Assembly: GCA_019358915.1 (NCBI GenBank)
Contig: JAHHIM010000073.1
Span: forward strand, 192,001 to 256,000
Length of the DNA: 64,000 bases
Direction: 5' to 3'
DNA from: Trichormus sp. ATA11-4-KO1
GTDB taxonomy: Bacteria; Cyanobacteriota; Cyanobacteriia; Cyanobacteriales; Nostocaceae
A program made the translations under genes and the position numbers. A model generated the notes under the pieces. The model searched no databases. It was given only the letters and a program-made list of their open reading frames with translations, and was not told where the DNA came from. Shown one piece after another: positions 1 to 9,927 of the stretch. Each line of letters begins with the position of its first letter. Position 1 is the first letter of the stretch.

Positions 1-130
1 AATCATTACTAGAGTGCATGACACCCAAAAGTTTACGGGTAAATTAATGGATTTTAATTTTTTCTTGAGAAATATTTTTTAACTAGACAAAAATTGTTAG
101 GACTGTCAGTTTAGGGATGGGGGGATAGGG

Positions 131-303
131 CAGGGCTGTTTCATTCGCTTGTGTTGGAGATTTGTCAAGAGGATAATCTCACGCAAAGGCGCAAAGACGC
201 AAAGAAAAATCAGGTATTTCGGACTGAAGATGCCAAAATTTTCGGTCTTAATTGTGGATTTGCCCTTGCAATTTTAACCCTTTTAGGGAACGAATCAGCC
301 CTG
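131..303 (+). mobile_element. 173-bp MITE, copy 1
   Basis: Ends CAGGGCTGTTTCATTC / GAACGAATCAGCCCTG (16-bp TIR, 2 mismatches); 10-bp direct repeat GGGGATAGGG at 121-130 and 304-313; near-identical copies at 8177 and 54455. Confidence 0.93.
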
Positions 304-384
304 GGGGATAGGGGGATGGAGATGAGGAAGCATTTTCGTTCTTGTCCCCTTGTCCCCTTATCCCCCTATCACTCAATTAGGAGT

Positions 385-876
385 TTAGTAATAAATCTTA
401 CCGCCTCCCCATTTGTCACCCACAATTTTTGGTTGTAGGAGAATATGACCCGCGATCGCTACCAAGTCATCTTCTGTCAGATTTCTCATTTCTGTGAAAA
501 TATCTGCACTCTTGATGCTGGGATGTAATTCAGAAATTTCCTCTTCCCCGTCATAGGTCGTGGGATTTTTCATGTAATCCACCAAGCCTTCAATGTTATT
601 GCGGTTGGGTGTCGCCAGTGCCAAAGCCTCTGGTTCTAGTCCCACGTTTTGGTTGGTCTTGGTAACGCCTCCCACATGACATTGGGCACAAGCGTATTGA
701 AATAGAGTTTTACCTTCTTTGACCTGTTTGAGGCTGAGTACAACGGTATCACCCTGAGCATTTAATGGCACTGTTCGGATAGCTTCGTCCAGTTCCACTG
801 CCGTTGCGCTACCGACAACCAACTGAAACGTCAGCAAAATGGTAGCAACAACAACGCCAATTAGTCTTCTAAACAT
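385..876 (-). CDS. psbV: Photosystem II cytochrome c550
   Basis: Signal peptide, CAQCH heme motif, C-terminal KWGGGKIYY. Confidence 0.97.
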   Translation of the reverse strand: MFRRLIGVVVATILLTFQLVVGSATAVELDEAIRTVPLNAQGDTVVLSLKQVKEGKTLFQYACAQCHVGGVTKTNQNVGLEPEALALATPNRNNIEGLVDYMKNPTTYDGEEEISELHPSIKSADIFTEMRNLTEDDLVAIAGHILLQPKIVGDKWGGGKIYY

Positions 877-1193
877 GTTTCCCCTTAAAGATTTTGACGC
901 TCAACACAGCTAATAAAGCGATGCTCAATCTCCATGTTGCTAACGCCTAATGAATACTGTAGTCTGCTGTTATCTCTGCGATTGTCTCCGGCACTGCGCT
1001 CGGCGCAATCAGTAGGTCTGAAAAACCCATAACAGTTATTAACTGACAGATAGAGATTGAGTCGCTGTAATACCAATATCACGTTAGGAGTGCAATTTGT
1101 CGTTTAAAATACGGTTGCATCTCTAGTGGGGATCAGGAGCTAATAAGTATTAAGTAATGTAAATACTTAATAATTTAATCACCAAAATAGGTA

Positions 1194-2030
1194 TTAACCT
1201 TTACCCCCCGTAAATGTCGCGCCTTGAATAAAGTAGCGGTTGAAAAACGCATAAATTCCTAAGGCGGGGAAAGTGAAGACCATAGAAGCGGCCATAATGT
1301 AGTTCCAATAGCTGATATATTGACCTTTAAAGCTGTTCAGTCCTAGGGGTAGAGTAAACATTTCCGGGTCAAACAGAATCACCACGGGTAGCAAAAAATT
1401 ATTCCAACTACTCATGAACACAAAAACTGCTTGTGCTGCCAGTGCTGGTTTTGCTAGAGGTAAAACAATCCGCCGAAAAATTCCCCAGGTACTTAAGCCA
1501 TCGAGTTGGGCTGCTTCTTCTAGTTCTCTGGGAAAATTGACAAAAAATTGCCGCATCATAAAAATGAAAGTAGCATTAACCATGCTAGGAACAATCATTC
1601 CTTGGTAAGAATTGAGCCAGCCGATCGCCTTCAAAATCAAAAATGTGGGAATCAAGGTAATCTGTGTAGGAACTGCTAGCAATGCCAAAATCAGGAAGAA
1701 CCAGAAGTGTTTGCCCACAAAACTCAGTCTAGCCAAAGCATACCCAGCCATGGAATTGAACAGTAAATTTAACACAGTGACACTGACAGCAATGACTACA
1801 CTGTTGAAAAACCACCGCCAAAACAATGGTTCTTGGATAAATATTTGCCTGTAATTATCGAGAGTAAAATTTTGGGGTAAGAAATTTAAGTCACCACTAA
1901 AAATTTCTGATAGTGGCTTAAAAGATGCGGAAAGTGCCCAAAGAAAAGGAACCAGGGTAATCACTGCATATAGCGTTAGCACGACGTATAACAGGACTTT
2001 CAGCCAGGGAAAGCGAGAAATATGAGTCAT
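1194..2030 (-). CDS. Carbohydrate ABC transporter permease (MalG-like)
   Basis: Multiple TM segments, EAA loop ELEEAAQLDG. Confidence 0.92.
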   Translation of the reverse strand: MTHISRFPWLKVLLYVVLTLYAVITLVPFLWALSASFKPLSEIFSGDLNFLPQNFTLDNYRQIFIQEPLFWRWFFNSVVIAVSVTVLNLLFNSMAGYALARLSFVGKHFWFFLILALLAVPTQITLIPTFLILKAIGWLNSYQGMIVPSMVNATFIFMMRQFFVNFPRELEEAAQLDGLSTWGIFRRIVLPLAKPALAAQAVFVFMSSWNNFLLPVVILFDPEMFTLPLGLNSFKGQYISYWNYIMAASMVFTFPALGIYAFFNRYFIQGATFTGGKG

Positions 2031-2935
2031 GTCTTTTTGCCTCCAAAAATTCGCCGTTGCATCAAAGTAACGGCAATGATGATTGCTGCTAGCAAAAAGG
2101 CGATCGCCGCCGCATAACCCATCTGTAAATTCCGAAAGACCATTTGGTATATTAGTAACACCACAGTCAAAGTAGCGTTGTTGGGGCCACCAGTACCACC
2201 AGAAAAAATATAAGATTGGTCAAACAGCTGAAAAGTACCAATGATGCCGATCGCCACCACAAAAAAAGTTACAGGCTGAAGCAAGGGAACGGTAACGTAG
2301 ATAAACTGTTGCCACCAATTTGCCCCATCTAATTCTGCCGCCTCGTAAAGTTTTTGGGGAATATCTTGTAACGCTGCTAGATAAATCACCATATAAAATG
2401 GTGCAGTTGACCAAATGTTCATGATCATAATGCCTTTAAGCGCTACTGCTGGGTCACCCAACCAGTTAAAAGTAGGTAATCCCACAAAAGCGAGAACATG
2501 ATTGAGCAACCCATCAGTGTTATAAATCCACATAAAAATTAGGGTTAGCACAGCTGAAGAAGTAACTGTTGGCAAAAACAAAAGAATCCGCCACGAGTTT
2601 TTGCCGCGAATCCCAGAATTCAGCGTTACTGCCAAAAATAAAGCCAAAATAGTTTGAGTGGGGACAACAATTGCTACATACTCTGTTGTATTTCTTAAAG
2701 CAATCCCAACTCGTTCATCTTCCACTAAGCGCGTAAAATTGCGCCAGCCGATGAATTCGTATTCAATACCGCCTAGCAGTTGGACTTTGTGCAAGGAAAG
2801 AAAAACAGCATAAAGAATCGGTAAGATAACAAAACACCCCAACACCAGAATTGTCGGTGTCATGAACATATACCCAGCCAGAGTTTCGGTAATCTGCCCT
2901 CTGGGGTATATTCGCCGCTTGTTAATTTGCAACAC
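2027..2935 (-). CDS. Carbohydrate ABC transporter permease (MalF-like)
   Basis: LYEAAELDGA motif; 4-bp overlap with the downstream permease. Confidence 0.92.
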   Translation of the reverse strand: MLQINKRRIYPRGQITETLAGYMFMTPTILVLGCFVILPILYAVFLSLHKVQLLGGIEYEFIGWRNFTRLVEDERVGIALRNTTEYVAIVVPTQTILALFLAVTLNSGIRGKNSWRILLFLPTVTSSAVLTLIFMWIYNTDGLLNHVLAFVGLPTFNWLGDPAVALKGIMIMNIWSTAPFYMVIYLAALQDIPQKLYEAAELDGANWWQQFIYVTVPLLQPVTFFVVAIGIIGTFQLFDQSYIFSGGTGGPNNATLTVVLLIYQMVFRNLQMGYAAAIAFLLAAIIIAVTLMQRRIFGGKKT

Positions 2936-3059
2936 AACTCAACCTCCGCCTAATCTAGTACCAACCCGGCTGTAGCGATGGGTGGTTCATAATCCTAAGG
3001 TAGCGCGAGAAAAATTGCCACATAATTCAGGCGATCGCGCTTTTTGGTATGGTTTGAAA

Positions 3060-3333
3060 TAAGTATTTTTTGTTTGAGCCTAGCGTCAACCAGTAGGTGT
3101 TTTGCAAAAGGGCTGAAGTTTTGCGCCTCAAAAGCTTGTCTGTTCTAGGTTTGAAGCCTTTCATATTCAATAGAGGTTGACGCAACTACACCAAAGCCTT
3201 GTCTGATTTACTTTTGAGGTGATTTTGTTAAATGTTACTCTTGACAAACCAGTGTCTGAAAAGCTATTTTGATTTGAGGTTGACGAAACTGTACCTTGAA
3301 AACCAAATATATTAATGCTTTCAGGCTGGATCT
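3060..3333 (+). promoter_or_regulatory. CRISPR leader
   Basis: Non-coding, adjacent to the first repeat; GCGTCAACC (3083) / GGTTGACGC (3175) inverted pair, second GAGGTTGACG (3276); TTGACA at 3241 with TATTTT at 3265. Confidence 0.75.
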
Positions 3334-4091
3334 GTTCCAATTACAAATAATCCCTATTAGGGATTGAAACTCTAAATACTTCTCAGGTTGTTTGATTGCC
3401 TTTAGGTTCCAATTACAAATAATCCCTATTAGGGATTGAAACTTCGACTACATCCCAGGGAAACTGGGAAGTTCGCTGGTTCCAATTACAAATAATCCCT
3501 ATTAGGGATTGAAACTCTAATTCATTGACATCCTCCCACCGCTAACCCTTGTTCCAATTACAAATAATCCCTATTAGGGATTGAAACAAAGCTAATGCAG
3601 AGCAAAGGGATAGCGAGAATATGTTCCAATTACAAATAATCCCTATTAGGGATTGAAACTGGAAGTAGATGGCTATCAAATGCCCAATGGTGAAGTTCCA
3701 ATTACAAATAATCCCTATTAGGGATTGAAACTGGAAGTAGATGGCTATCAAATGCCCAATGGTGAAGTTCCAATTACAAATAATCCCTATTAGGGATTGA
3801 AACTAGTTACTACTACTCTAGGTGTAGTAGGATAAATTGTTCCAATTACAAATAATCCCTATTAGGGATTGAAACATCAAGCATTAAAAATCGATGCCGA
3901 AAGATATCGAGTTCCAATTACAAATAATCCCTATTAGGGATTGAAACATAGTAGATAGATCAGGGATAATCTCGGTTTCTCCCGTTCCAATTACAAATAA
4001 TCCCTATTAGGGATTGAAACCTATTTTAGCAATTTCCATCACGAACTGATTTCAGTTCCAATTACAAATAATCCCTATTAGGGATTGAAAC
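3334..4091 (+). CRISPR. Orphan CRISPR array, 11 repeats / 10 spacers, repeat resembles cyanobacterial type I-D
   Basis: Repeat GTTCCAATTACAAATAATCCCTATTAGGGATTGAAAC (37 bp, hairpin AATCCCTA/TAGGGATT) starts at 3334, 3406, 3479, 3551, 3623, 3695, 3767, 3839, 3911, 3984, 4055; spacers 34-36 bp; no cas genes in the window; subtype inferred from the repeat only. Confidence 0.98.
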
Positions 4092-4194
4092 ATCGCTTCC
4101 AGCAAACACACGGGCTTTATTTTTCCCTTCTGGATGTTCTGGCTTGAGACAGAAACCTGTGATTTTCTCTATTTCAACGATAGCGCGTTCAGGG

Positions 4195-5148
4195 TTAGGA
4201 AGTTTCAAAGTTTAATTCGCTAAAAGTTCTAGCTGTCTTTTCTAAGCATAAATCCGCCGCAATTAAATCAATACCATCAATAATATTACTGGGGTTGATA
4301 ATTCGCAAAGCCGTAAAACATTTGTCTCGATAATCGGGGTTATTTTGGAAAAAAGATATCGCTTTTTTTAAAGGTTCAATCACAGGATAGGCTGTTTCTG
4401 CCTTCTCGATAGCCTCTTGAGGAATTGGGGATTTGAGCCTTTGGACTGCCAAATCAATTAAATCTCTAGACTTTACAGAAGAATCATTCCATCTGTCAGA
4501 ATTGGCTAAAAGTTTTTCAGCAAAAATATCAATTTCATTTAAGCATGGGACAGGCGACCAATTGGGATAATCTGGTTCTCCCAATGCAATACGTCCTTCC
4601 ATGATAATCTCAAATTTAATCATAGTTTCATCAACTATAATTGCAAATCTTACCCCATATTGATCAGCTTTAATTTCCCCAGGTAAGTTGAGATTATTTT
4701 GAGTATTAAAGAGGGCATTATATTGATTTTCAGCGATTTTTTGTCGCAGCAAACGATAGCCAATACCAGTAGAACAGAGAAAATCTATATCTTTACTTAA
4801 TCTATATTCGCTATGATTTAAACTAATCAGAGTTCCACCACCAAAATATGCTCCACATTCTAATAAAAAATTAGCATTTAATTGATTAAGAACATTTAAA
4901 ATTTTTTGATGAAATTCCTGATTAAACATTTGCGCCCCTAACCATGAATCATAATATTGAGCTAGCTTTTGCACAAATAAAGCTTCTGTTTGACTCAAAT
5001 CACCTAAAACTCCTCGGTAATGCCACCCTCGTTCATATATTCTGAGCATCTCTAAAAGAGTAAGATTTTCTATATCTTCTCTTTGCCAACATAATCTTTT
5101 TAAAAATGGCAATTTTTCTGATATTTGAATTTGAGGTTTAATAAACAT
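4195..5148 (-). CDS. AbiEii/AbiGii-family nucleotidyltransferase with N-terminal antitoxin-like extension
   Basis: FGGGT...YRLSKDIDF NTase motif, EKLLANSDR and SRDLIDL motifs; extra ~73-aa N-terminal domain. Confidence 0.85.
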   Translation of the reverse strand: MFIKPQIQISEKLPFLKRLCWQREDIENLTLLEMLRIYERGWHYRGVLGDLSQTEALFVQKLAQYYDSWLGAQMFNQEFHQKILNVLNQLNANFLLECGAYFGGGTLISLNHSEYRLSKDIDFLCSTGIGYRLLRQKIAENQYNALFNTQNNLNLPGEIKADQYGVRFAIIVDETMIKFEIIMEGRIALGEPDYPNWSPVPCLNEIDIFAEKLLANSDRWNDSSVKSRDLIDLAVQRLKSPIPQEAIEKAETAYPVIEPLKKAISFFQNNPDYRDKCFTALRIINPSNIIDGIDLIAADLCLEKTARTFSELNFETS

Positions 5149-5168
5149 AGGTAATATGAGTAGGTAAA

Positions 5169-5255
5169 GGTTTGTAGTGTAAAGCCCTGACGGGCATAGC
5201 TACGCGGTAAGCACAATTATTTTACGAAAAAGGGCTAGAGCCACTTACTACGAAC
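5169..5255. repeat. GTAG-type REP-like palindromic element with internal hairpin
   Basis: GGTTTGTAGT...ACTACGAAC ends like those at 15918-15960; internal GCCCTGACGGGC. Confidence 0.5.
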
Positions 5256-5269
5256 TTATTTCATTTTTT

Positions 5270-6529
5270 TTACTCACTGAAGCGAATTTGCTGATTAGCT
5301 GCATTCTGCGCCCGCACCATTGCCTGCTTTAATGGTTGTTGCCCTAATAAAGCACTAAGAAACTGGTTATCAAAATTATTAGCGATCGCTGCCGGGTATT
5401 TACCTATCTGCCACGGTGTAGCATAATCTATCCCAGCGACCAATGGCGATCGCAAAGCGTCTCGGTCATAACCTAATTTCTCTGCTACTGATGTCCGCGC
5501 TGGTAGTGCAAACCCTGTACCTGTCCATTTTTCCATGCCTTCTTTACCAGTAAGATAAGCAATCAACTCCCAAGCTTCGGCTTTATGCTGTGATTGCTTG
5601 CTCATCACGTAGGCGACAGTAAACAGCATTGTACCTTTTTTAGCATTAATTCTAGGAACTTCTGCGGTGGCAAACTCCAGCAGAGGAAAGGTTGTCTTTA
5701 AATAGGGAATTGCCCAGTTACCCTCAATCACCATTGCCACTCTACTTTGACCAAACATTTCTGTACCTGAGTTTGTACCCACATCAGTTGGTTGGGCAGA
5801 GGAACGGTCTTTTTGATACTGGTCTCCCACTAATTGCAATCCCTGTAAACCTTCAGGACTAGCAAAGGCAGCATAACCATTTTGATCAATTACTTGCCCA
5901 CCAAAGGCTTTAATTTTGTAAGCTTGACGCTCCAACTTTGGCGTGACTCCAAAACCGTATCTACTGATTTTGCCTGTCAACTGCTGAGAGTAGTTACGTA
6001 ATTCATCCCAAGTAGTTGGCGGATTGCTTAAGCCTGCGGCGGCAAAGATTTTTTTGTTATAAAACAACGCTAAGGTGGAATAGTCCTTAGGAAGACCATA
6101 AATATAATTTTGATATTTAAAATTTTCCAGTAAGCTCTCTTCAAAGTCTTCTAGGTCAAATTCCGGGGTAATGTAAGCATTGAGCGGTTCTAGGACATTT
6201 TGGCTCATCAAGAAAGGAGCCGCTAACGCTTCTAGGTAAAAGACATCGGGGGCTGCTTCTCCTACCAAGCGAGTTGTCATCACATCCATATATTGGTCAG
6301 AAATCACCTCATATCTCACCTTGATATGTGGATGCTGTGCCTCAAAGTCTTGTAGTACCTGTCTCAATAATTTTTGCTCTACCGGATTACCTGCCCAACC
6401 GCTAAGTTTAACGGTGACTGAGGTAGGGGATGATGGTGTGATTGCCGGTCGTAGATTGTGGAAACCAATAACGGCGATCGCGATCGCTATCACCAGTCCG
6501 AAAATTTTCACCCAAGTTCTTTTACTCAC
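5270..6529 (-). CDS. Carbohydrate ABC transporter substrate-binding protein
   Basis: N-terminal anchor, APDVFY, LFYNKKIF and PTTWDEL motifs of SBP_bac_1. Confidence 0.92.
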   Translation of the reverse strand: MSKRTWVKIFGLVIAIAIAVIGFHNLRPAITPSSPTSVTVKLSGWAGNPVEQKLLRQVLQDFEAQHPHIKVRYEVISDQYMDVMTTRLVGEAAPDVFYLEALAAPFLMSQNVLEPLNAYITPEFDLEDFEESLLENFKYQNYIYGLPKDYSTLALFYNKKIFAAAGLSNPPTTWDELRNYSQQLTGKISRYGFGVTPKLERQAYKIKAFGGQVIDQNGYAAFASPEGLQGLQLVGDQYQKDRSSAQPTDVGTNSGTEMFGQSRVAMVIEGNWAIPYLKTTFPLLEFATAEVPRINAKKGTMLFTVAYVMSKQSQHKAEAWELIAYLTGKEGMEKWTGTGFALPARTSVAEKLGYDRDALRSPLVAGIDYATPWQIGKYPAAIANNFDNQFLSALLGQQPLKQAMVRAQNAANQQIRFSE

Positions 6530-6715
6530 AAGCAGATGCCAGCTCTTTCATCTCACTTATATCTTCTGGCTCTGTAAACTTATATTTTAATAATCTGTAT
6601 TTTTGTTGAGAAATGCAATATAAAATAACGAATAATTATTACCCAAGTTTACAAGGGAATTTGAGTTCCTCAGTAACTAGACTCATCTAGGGTGCGTTAC
6701 CCGTAAACAAAAGTT

Positions 6716-8107
6716 ATGACTTCTGTTCAACTTGAAACAACCGCACCGGTGACTCTGGAAATTCCCCAGATTACCTCATCGCCAGTAGTACTCTCTCCCA
6801 GTTCACGAGTTGCTAAAAATGCAATTCGCACCAGTTTAAAAGCCTCAACCCTGGATGCCGTTTTCGCTGCGGTTTTCTCCATCAGTACTGGCGGAATTTT
6901 GCTGAGTAATTTTCTGGTAGAGTTAGATGCCAGTCCAGTAGTTTTTGGGATGTTATGCTCTATCCCGATGCTGGTAAATCTGATTCAACCCTTGGGTGCT
7001 TACCTATCAGAACGCACTACCAGTCGCTTTCAGTATTCCCTTTGGACTCACGGGATGGCTCGGCTATTGTGGCTAATTTTGGTAGTAGGTATTACCAGCT
7101 TCAGCTGGGGAGGTTTTCATAATTCCCATCAATTAATCGTATTAACACTATTAATTGTCCTATTCAGCCATCTTTTAGGCGGACTAGGAAGCGCATCTTG
7201 GCTAAGTTGGCTAGCAATCATCGTTCCTAGGCAATTGCGAGGCAGGTATTTTGGTATACGTAATAGCGCCGCCAGCTTGACAAATTTGCTCTGTGTACCT
7301 TTGGCAGGTTTAGCCGTATCACACTGGAAAGGCGGGACTTTACAAGGTTATGGAGTAGTGCTGCTAATTGGTGTTGTATTTGGCATTGTAGGACTAGGGT
7401 GTCAGTATTTTAAAGTGGATGTGAATCCAAAATTACAGAACACTGATATTAATTACCCGATAAAAGATGAATTGGGTAGTGAATTAATTTACTCACCAAA
7501 GCTGACTTCTCCACAAAACCAGCTAGTGAGCAGCATTTGGCAAAACTCCAACTTTTTAATGTTTTTGCTTTATTTCAGCTTGTGGATGTTTGCGGTGAAT
7601 ATCAGCGCCCCTTTTTTTAACCTCTACATGCTAGATACGCTGGATCTAGATATCAGTTGGGTGACACTATACAGTAGCCTACAAGCCGGGGCGAATTTGT
7701 TGATGCTGATCCTGTGGGGAAAATTAGCAGATAAAGTTGGCAATCGTCCCATTTTGATTTTCGTGGGAATTCTGGTTGCAGTCACACCACTTTTATGGGT
7801 GGGAATTGGTACTAACAGCCTTGGACTCTGGCTCTGGTTGCCGCTATTGCATATCTTAACTGGAGGGACTTGGGCAGCAATTGACTTGTGTAACAACAAT
7901 ATACAGTTAGCGATTGCACCAATTAAAAACCAGTCTATTTATTTTGCGATCGCAGCTGCCATTGCTGGGGCTAGTGGTGCATTAGGCACAACCATCGGCA
8001 GCTTAATCGCACAATTTACCAACTGTGGCGGCTTACTAGGACTGTTTGCTCTTTCTAGTTTGTTGCGCTTACTAGCACTTGTGCCACTTGTTTTTGTCCG
8101 GGAGTAA
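6716..8107 (+). CDS. MFS transporter
   Basis: About 12 TM helices; WGKLADKVGNR motif A-like. Confidence 0.85.
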   Translation: MTSVQLETTAPVTLEIPQITSSPVVLSPSSRVAKNAIRTSLKASTLDAVFAAVFSISTGGILLSNFLVELDASPVVFGMLCSIPMLVNLIQPLGAYLSERTTSRFQYSLWTHGMARLLWLILVVGITSFSWGGFHNSHQLIVLTLLIVLFSHLLGGLGSASWLSWLAIIVPRQLRGRYFGIRNSAASLTNLLCVPLAGLAVSHWKGGTLQGYGVVLLIGVVFGIVGLGCQYFKVDVNPKLQNTDINYPIKDELGSELIYSPKLTSPQNQLVSSIWQNSNFLMFLLYFSLWMFAVNISAPFFNLYMLDTLDLDISWVTLYSSLQAGANLLMLILWGKLADKVGNRPILIFVGILVAVTPLLWVGIGTNSLGLWLWLPLLHILTGGTWAAIDLCNNNIQLAIAPIKNQSIYFAIAAAIAGASGALGTTIGSLIAQFTNCGGLLGLFALSSLLRLLALVPLVFVRE

Positions 8108-8176
8108 GGAGTGGGAAGATGGGGAGTGGGAAATTGACACCTATTTCTCCCCTGCTCCCCTGCTCCCCTGCCCCCC

Positions 8177-8349
8177 CAGGGCTGTTTCATTCCCTAAAAA
8201 AGGTAAAATTGCAAGGGCAAATCCACAATTAAGACCGAAAATTTTGGCATCTTCAGTCCGAAATACCTGATTTTTCTTTGCGTCTTTGCGCCTTTGCGTG
8301 AGATTATCCTCTTGACAAATCTCCAACACAAGCGAATGAAACAGCCCTG
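8177..8349 (-). mobile_element. 173-bp MITE, copy 2
   Basis: Perfect 16-bp TIR CAGGGCTGTTTCATTC; flanks CCTGCCCCCC / CCTGCTCCCC (9/10 match); between convergent MFS and accD. Confidence 0.93.
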
Positions 8350-8373
8350 CCTGCTCCCCTGCCCCTCTGCCTT

Positions 8374-9324
8374 CTATTCAGCCACAGTAGAACTTAAGCT
8401 CATAGTCTCCCACAACACCATAGGATGTGTGGTTGGTACGGGTTGGTGCAAAGCAATCAGCTGCGCTAAGGTGTTTTTTAACTGGGTACGAGAAACGATA
8501 TCATCCACAAAGCCATGCTTTAGTAAGTCTTCTGCGGTTTGAAAGTCTTCTGGTAGTTTCTCTCGCAGGGTTTGCTCAATCACTCGCCGACCAGCAAAGC
8601 CAATGGTTGCTTTTGGTTCGGCGATGATGATATCTCCCAACATGGCAAAGCTAGCAGTAACGCCGCCTGTGGTGGGATTAGTCAAAATCGGGATATACAA
8701 TAATCTGGCATGGCGATGGCGTTCTAGGGCTGCGGATATTTTTGCCATCTGCATTAAAGAAAGCATTCCTTCTTGCATTCTCGCACCACCGGAGGTGCAG
8801 ACGATAACCACAGGATACCGTCGCTGAGTGGCTTGCTCAATTAAGCGGGTGAGCTTTTCTCCTACAACGGAACCCATACTACCGCCCATAAAGCGAAAGT
8901 CCATAACGCCAAGGGCAATGGGTAAACCGTTAATTTGACCTAAACCAGTTTTAACAGCGTCTACTAAACCAAGTTTTTCTTCCATTTCCCGCAAGCGATC
9001 GCTGTAGGGTTTGCGATCGCGAAATTGCAGGGGATCTGTGGGGCGCAGATGCTCATCTATTGGTTGCCAGGTATTGCTATCTATCAGCTGGCGGATGCGT
9101 TCATCGCTATCTACTCGATTATGATGGCCACATTCAACGCAGACCATCTGATTAGCCCTAAGGTCTTTTGTATAAGTCAATACACCACATTTCGGACACT
9201 TATGCCACAGACCGTCAGCAATTTCACGTTCTTGGCGTTCCAGGTTGGTAGATCCTGATTTTCTGCGATTTGCAAACCAATCTAATAGAGACTTTAAACC
9301 GCGTGATTCTTCGTTGTTTGCCAT
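8374..9324 (-). CDS. accD: Acetyl-CoA carboxylase carboxyltransferase beta subunit
   Basis: CPKC..CVEC zinc finger, [22 protein letters not shown]. Confidence 0.97.
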   Translation of the reverse strand: MANNEESRGLKSLLDWFANRRKSGSTNLERQEREIADGLWHKCPKCGVLTYTKDLRANQMVCVECGHHNRVDSDERIRQLIDSNTWQPIDEHLRPTDPLQFRDRKPYSDRLREMEEKLGLVDAVKTGLGQINGLPIALGVMDFRFMGGSMGSVVGEKLTRLIEQATQRRYPVVIVCTSGGARMQEGMLSLMQMAKISAALERHRHARLLYIPILTNPTTGGVTASFAMLGDIIIAEPKATIGFAGRRVIEQTLREKLPEDFQTAEDLLKHGFVDDIVSRTQLKNTLAQLIALHQPVPTTHPMVLWETMSLSSTVAE

Positions 9325-9927
9325 TTTTATCTTTTTTTTAAGTGGGTATGAGGTTGAAAATATATCAAGCCACTAAGGGATGCCCAGGTTAAAAAGTCCT
9401 AAGCCTAGAGTCATGAATTGTAACTCTTGACCTACGCTTTCAAAGTCTCCAGATTTGCTCTTGTACAGATGCAAGTAACACCCCATTTTAGCTCTTGATT
9501 CTTGACTACAATCTCAAATTACGCTTCTAAGCAATTCAGACCTTATTTTGCATCTTTGGTTGCCAGCTTAACGAAAATGCTGATGCCAACACAAGCCTCT
9601 TGCTAGCCTGAATTTTGTAAACAGATTGGCAAAGTCAAGGTTACTAATCTATCAACCCCTAAATTAAGATGCTCTTTCTCAAACCCAACGGAACTCCTAG
9701 CCCTAATTTAATCATTCCGGTTGCTAGTTTGTGAGCAGTTAACACCTACATACATTAGTTGTGCTTGCCAACGGTCACTCTTTATTAAGAGGGTAATACA
9801 AGTCACAGGCTGATATTACCAAAAGCTCAAGGGGCGATGGAGTAATGACGACTACAATCAGGCCGAGGGGACAAGGGGATGGGGGGACAAGAACAAAAAT
9901 ACTTTTTTCTCACTCAGGAAGGAAGGA

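Noticed and set aside
151..438. Three ORFs beginning MLEICQEDNLTQRRKDAKK (151, 8329, 54607)
   Set aside because: They are read from the MITE copies, start at GTG without an RBS and run into unrelated flanks; not a gene family
3542..3751. 69-aa ORF with repeated FQSLIGIICNWN
   Set aside because: Antisense translation of CRISPR repeats
3371..4054. Self-targeting of spacers within the window
   Set aside because: No match noticed by eye; a real alignment is needed to exclude it
4092..4160. Possible 11th spacer plus degenerate terminal repeat, or a CreA-like guide against the AbiEii promoter
   Set aside because: Only GTTC and GAAAC fragments match the repeat, with wrong spacing; similarity to the AbiEii upstream region is only 8 nt (GGGCTTTA)
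9325..9900. Long intergenic region upstream of accD as ncRNA or small gene
   Set aside because: No recognisable RNA family motif or convincing ORF
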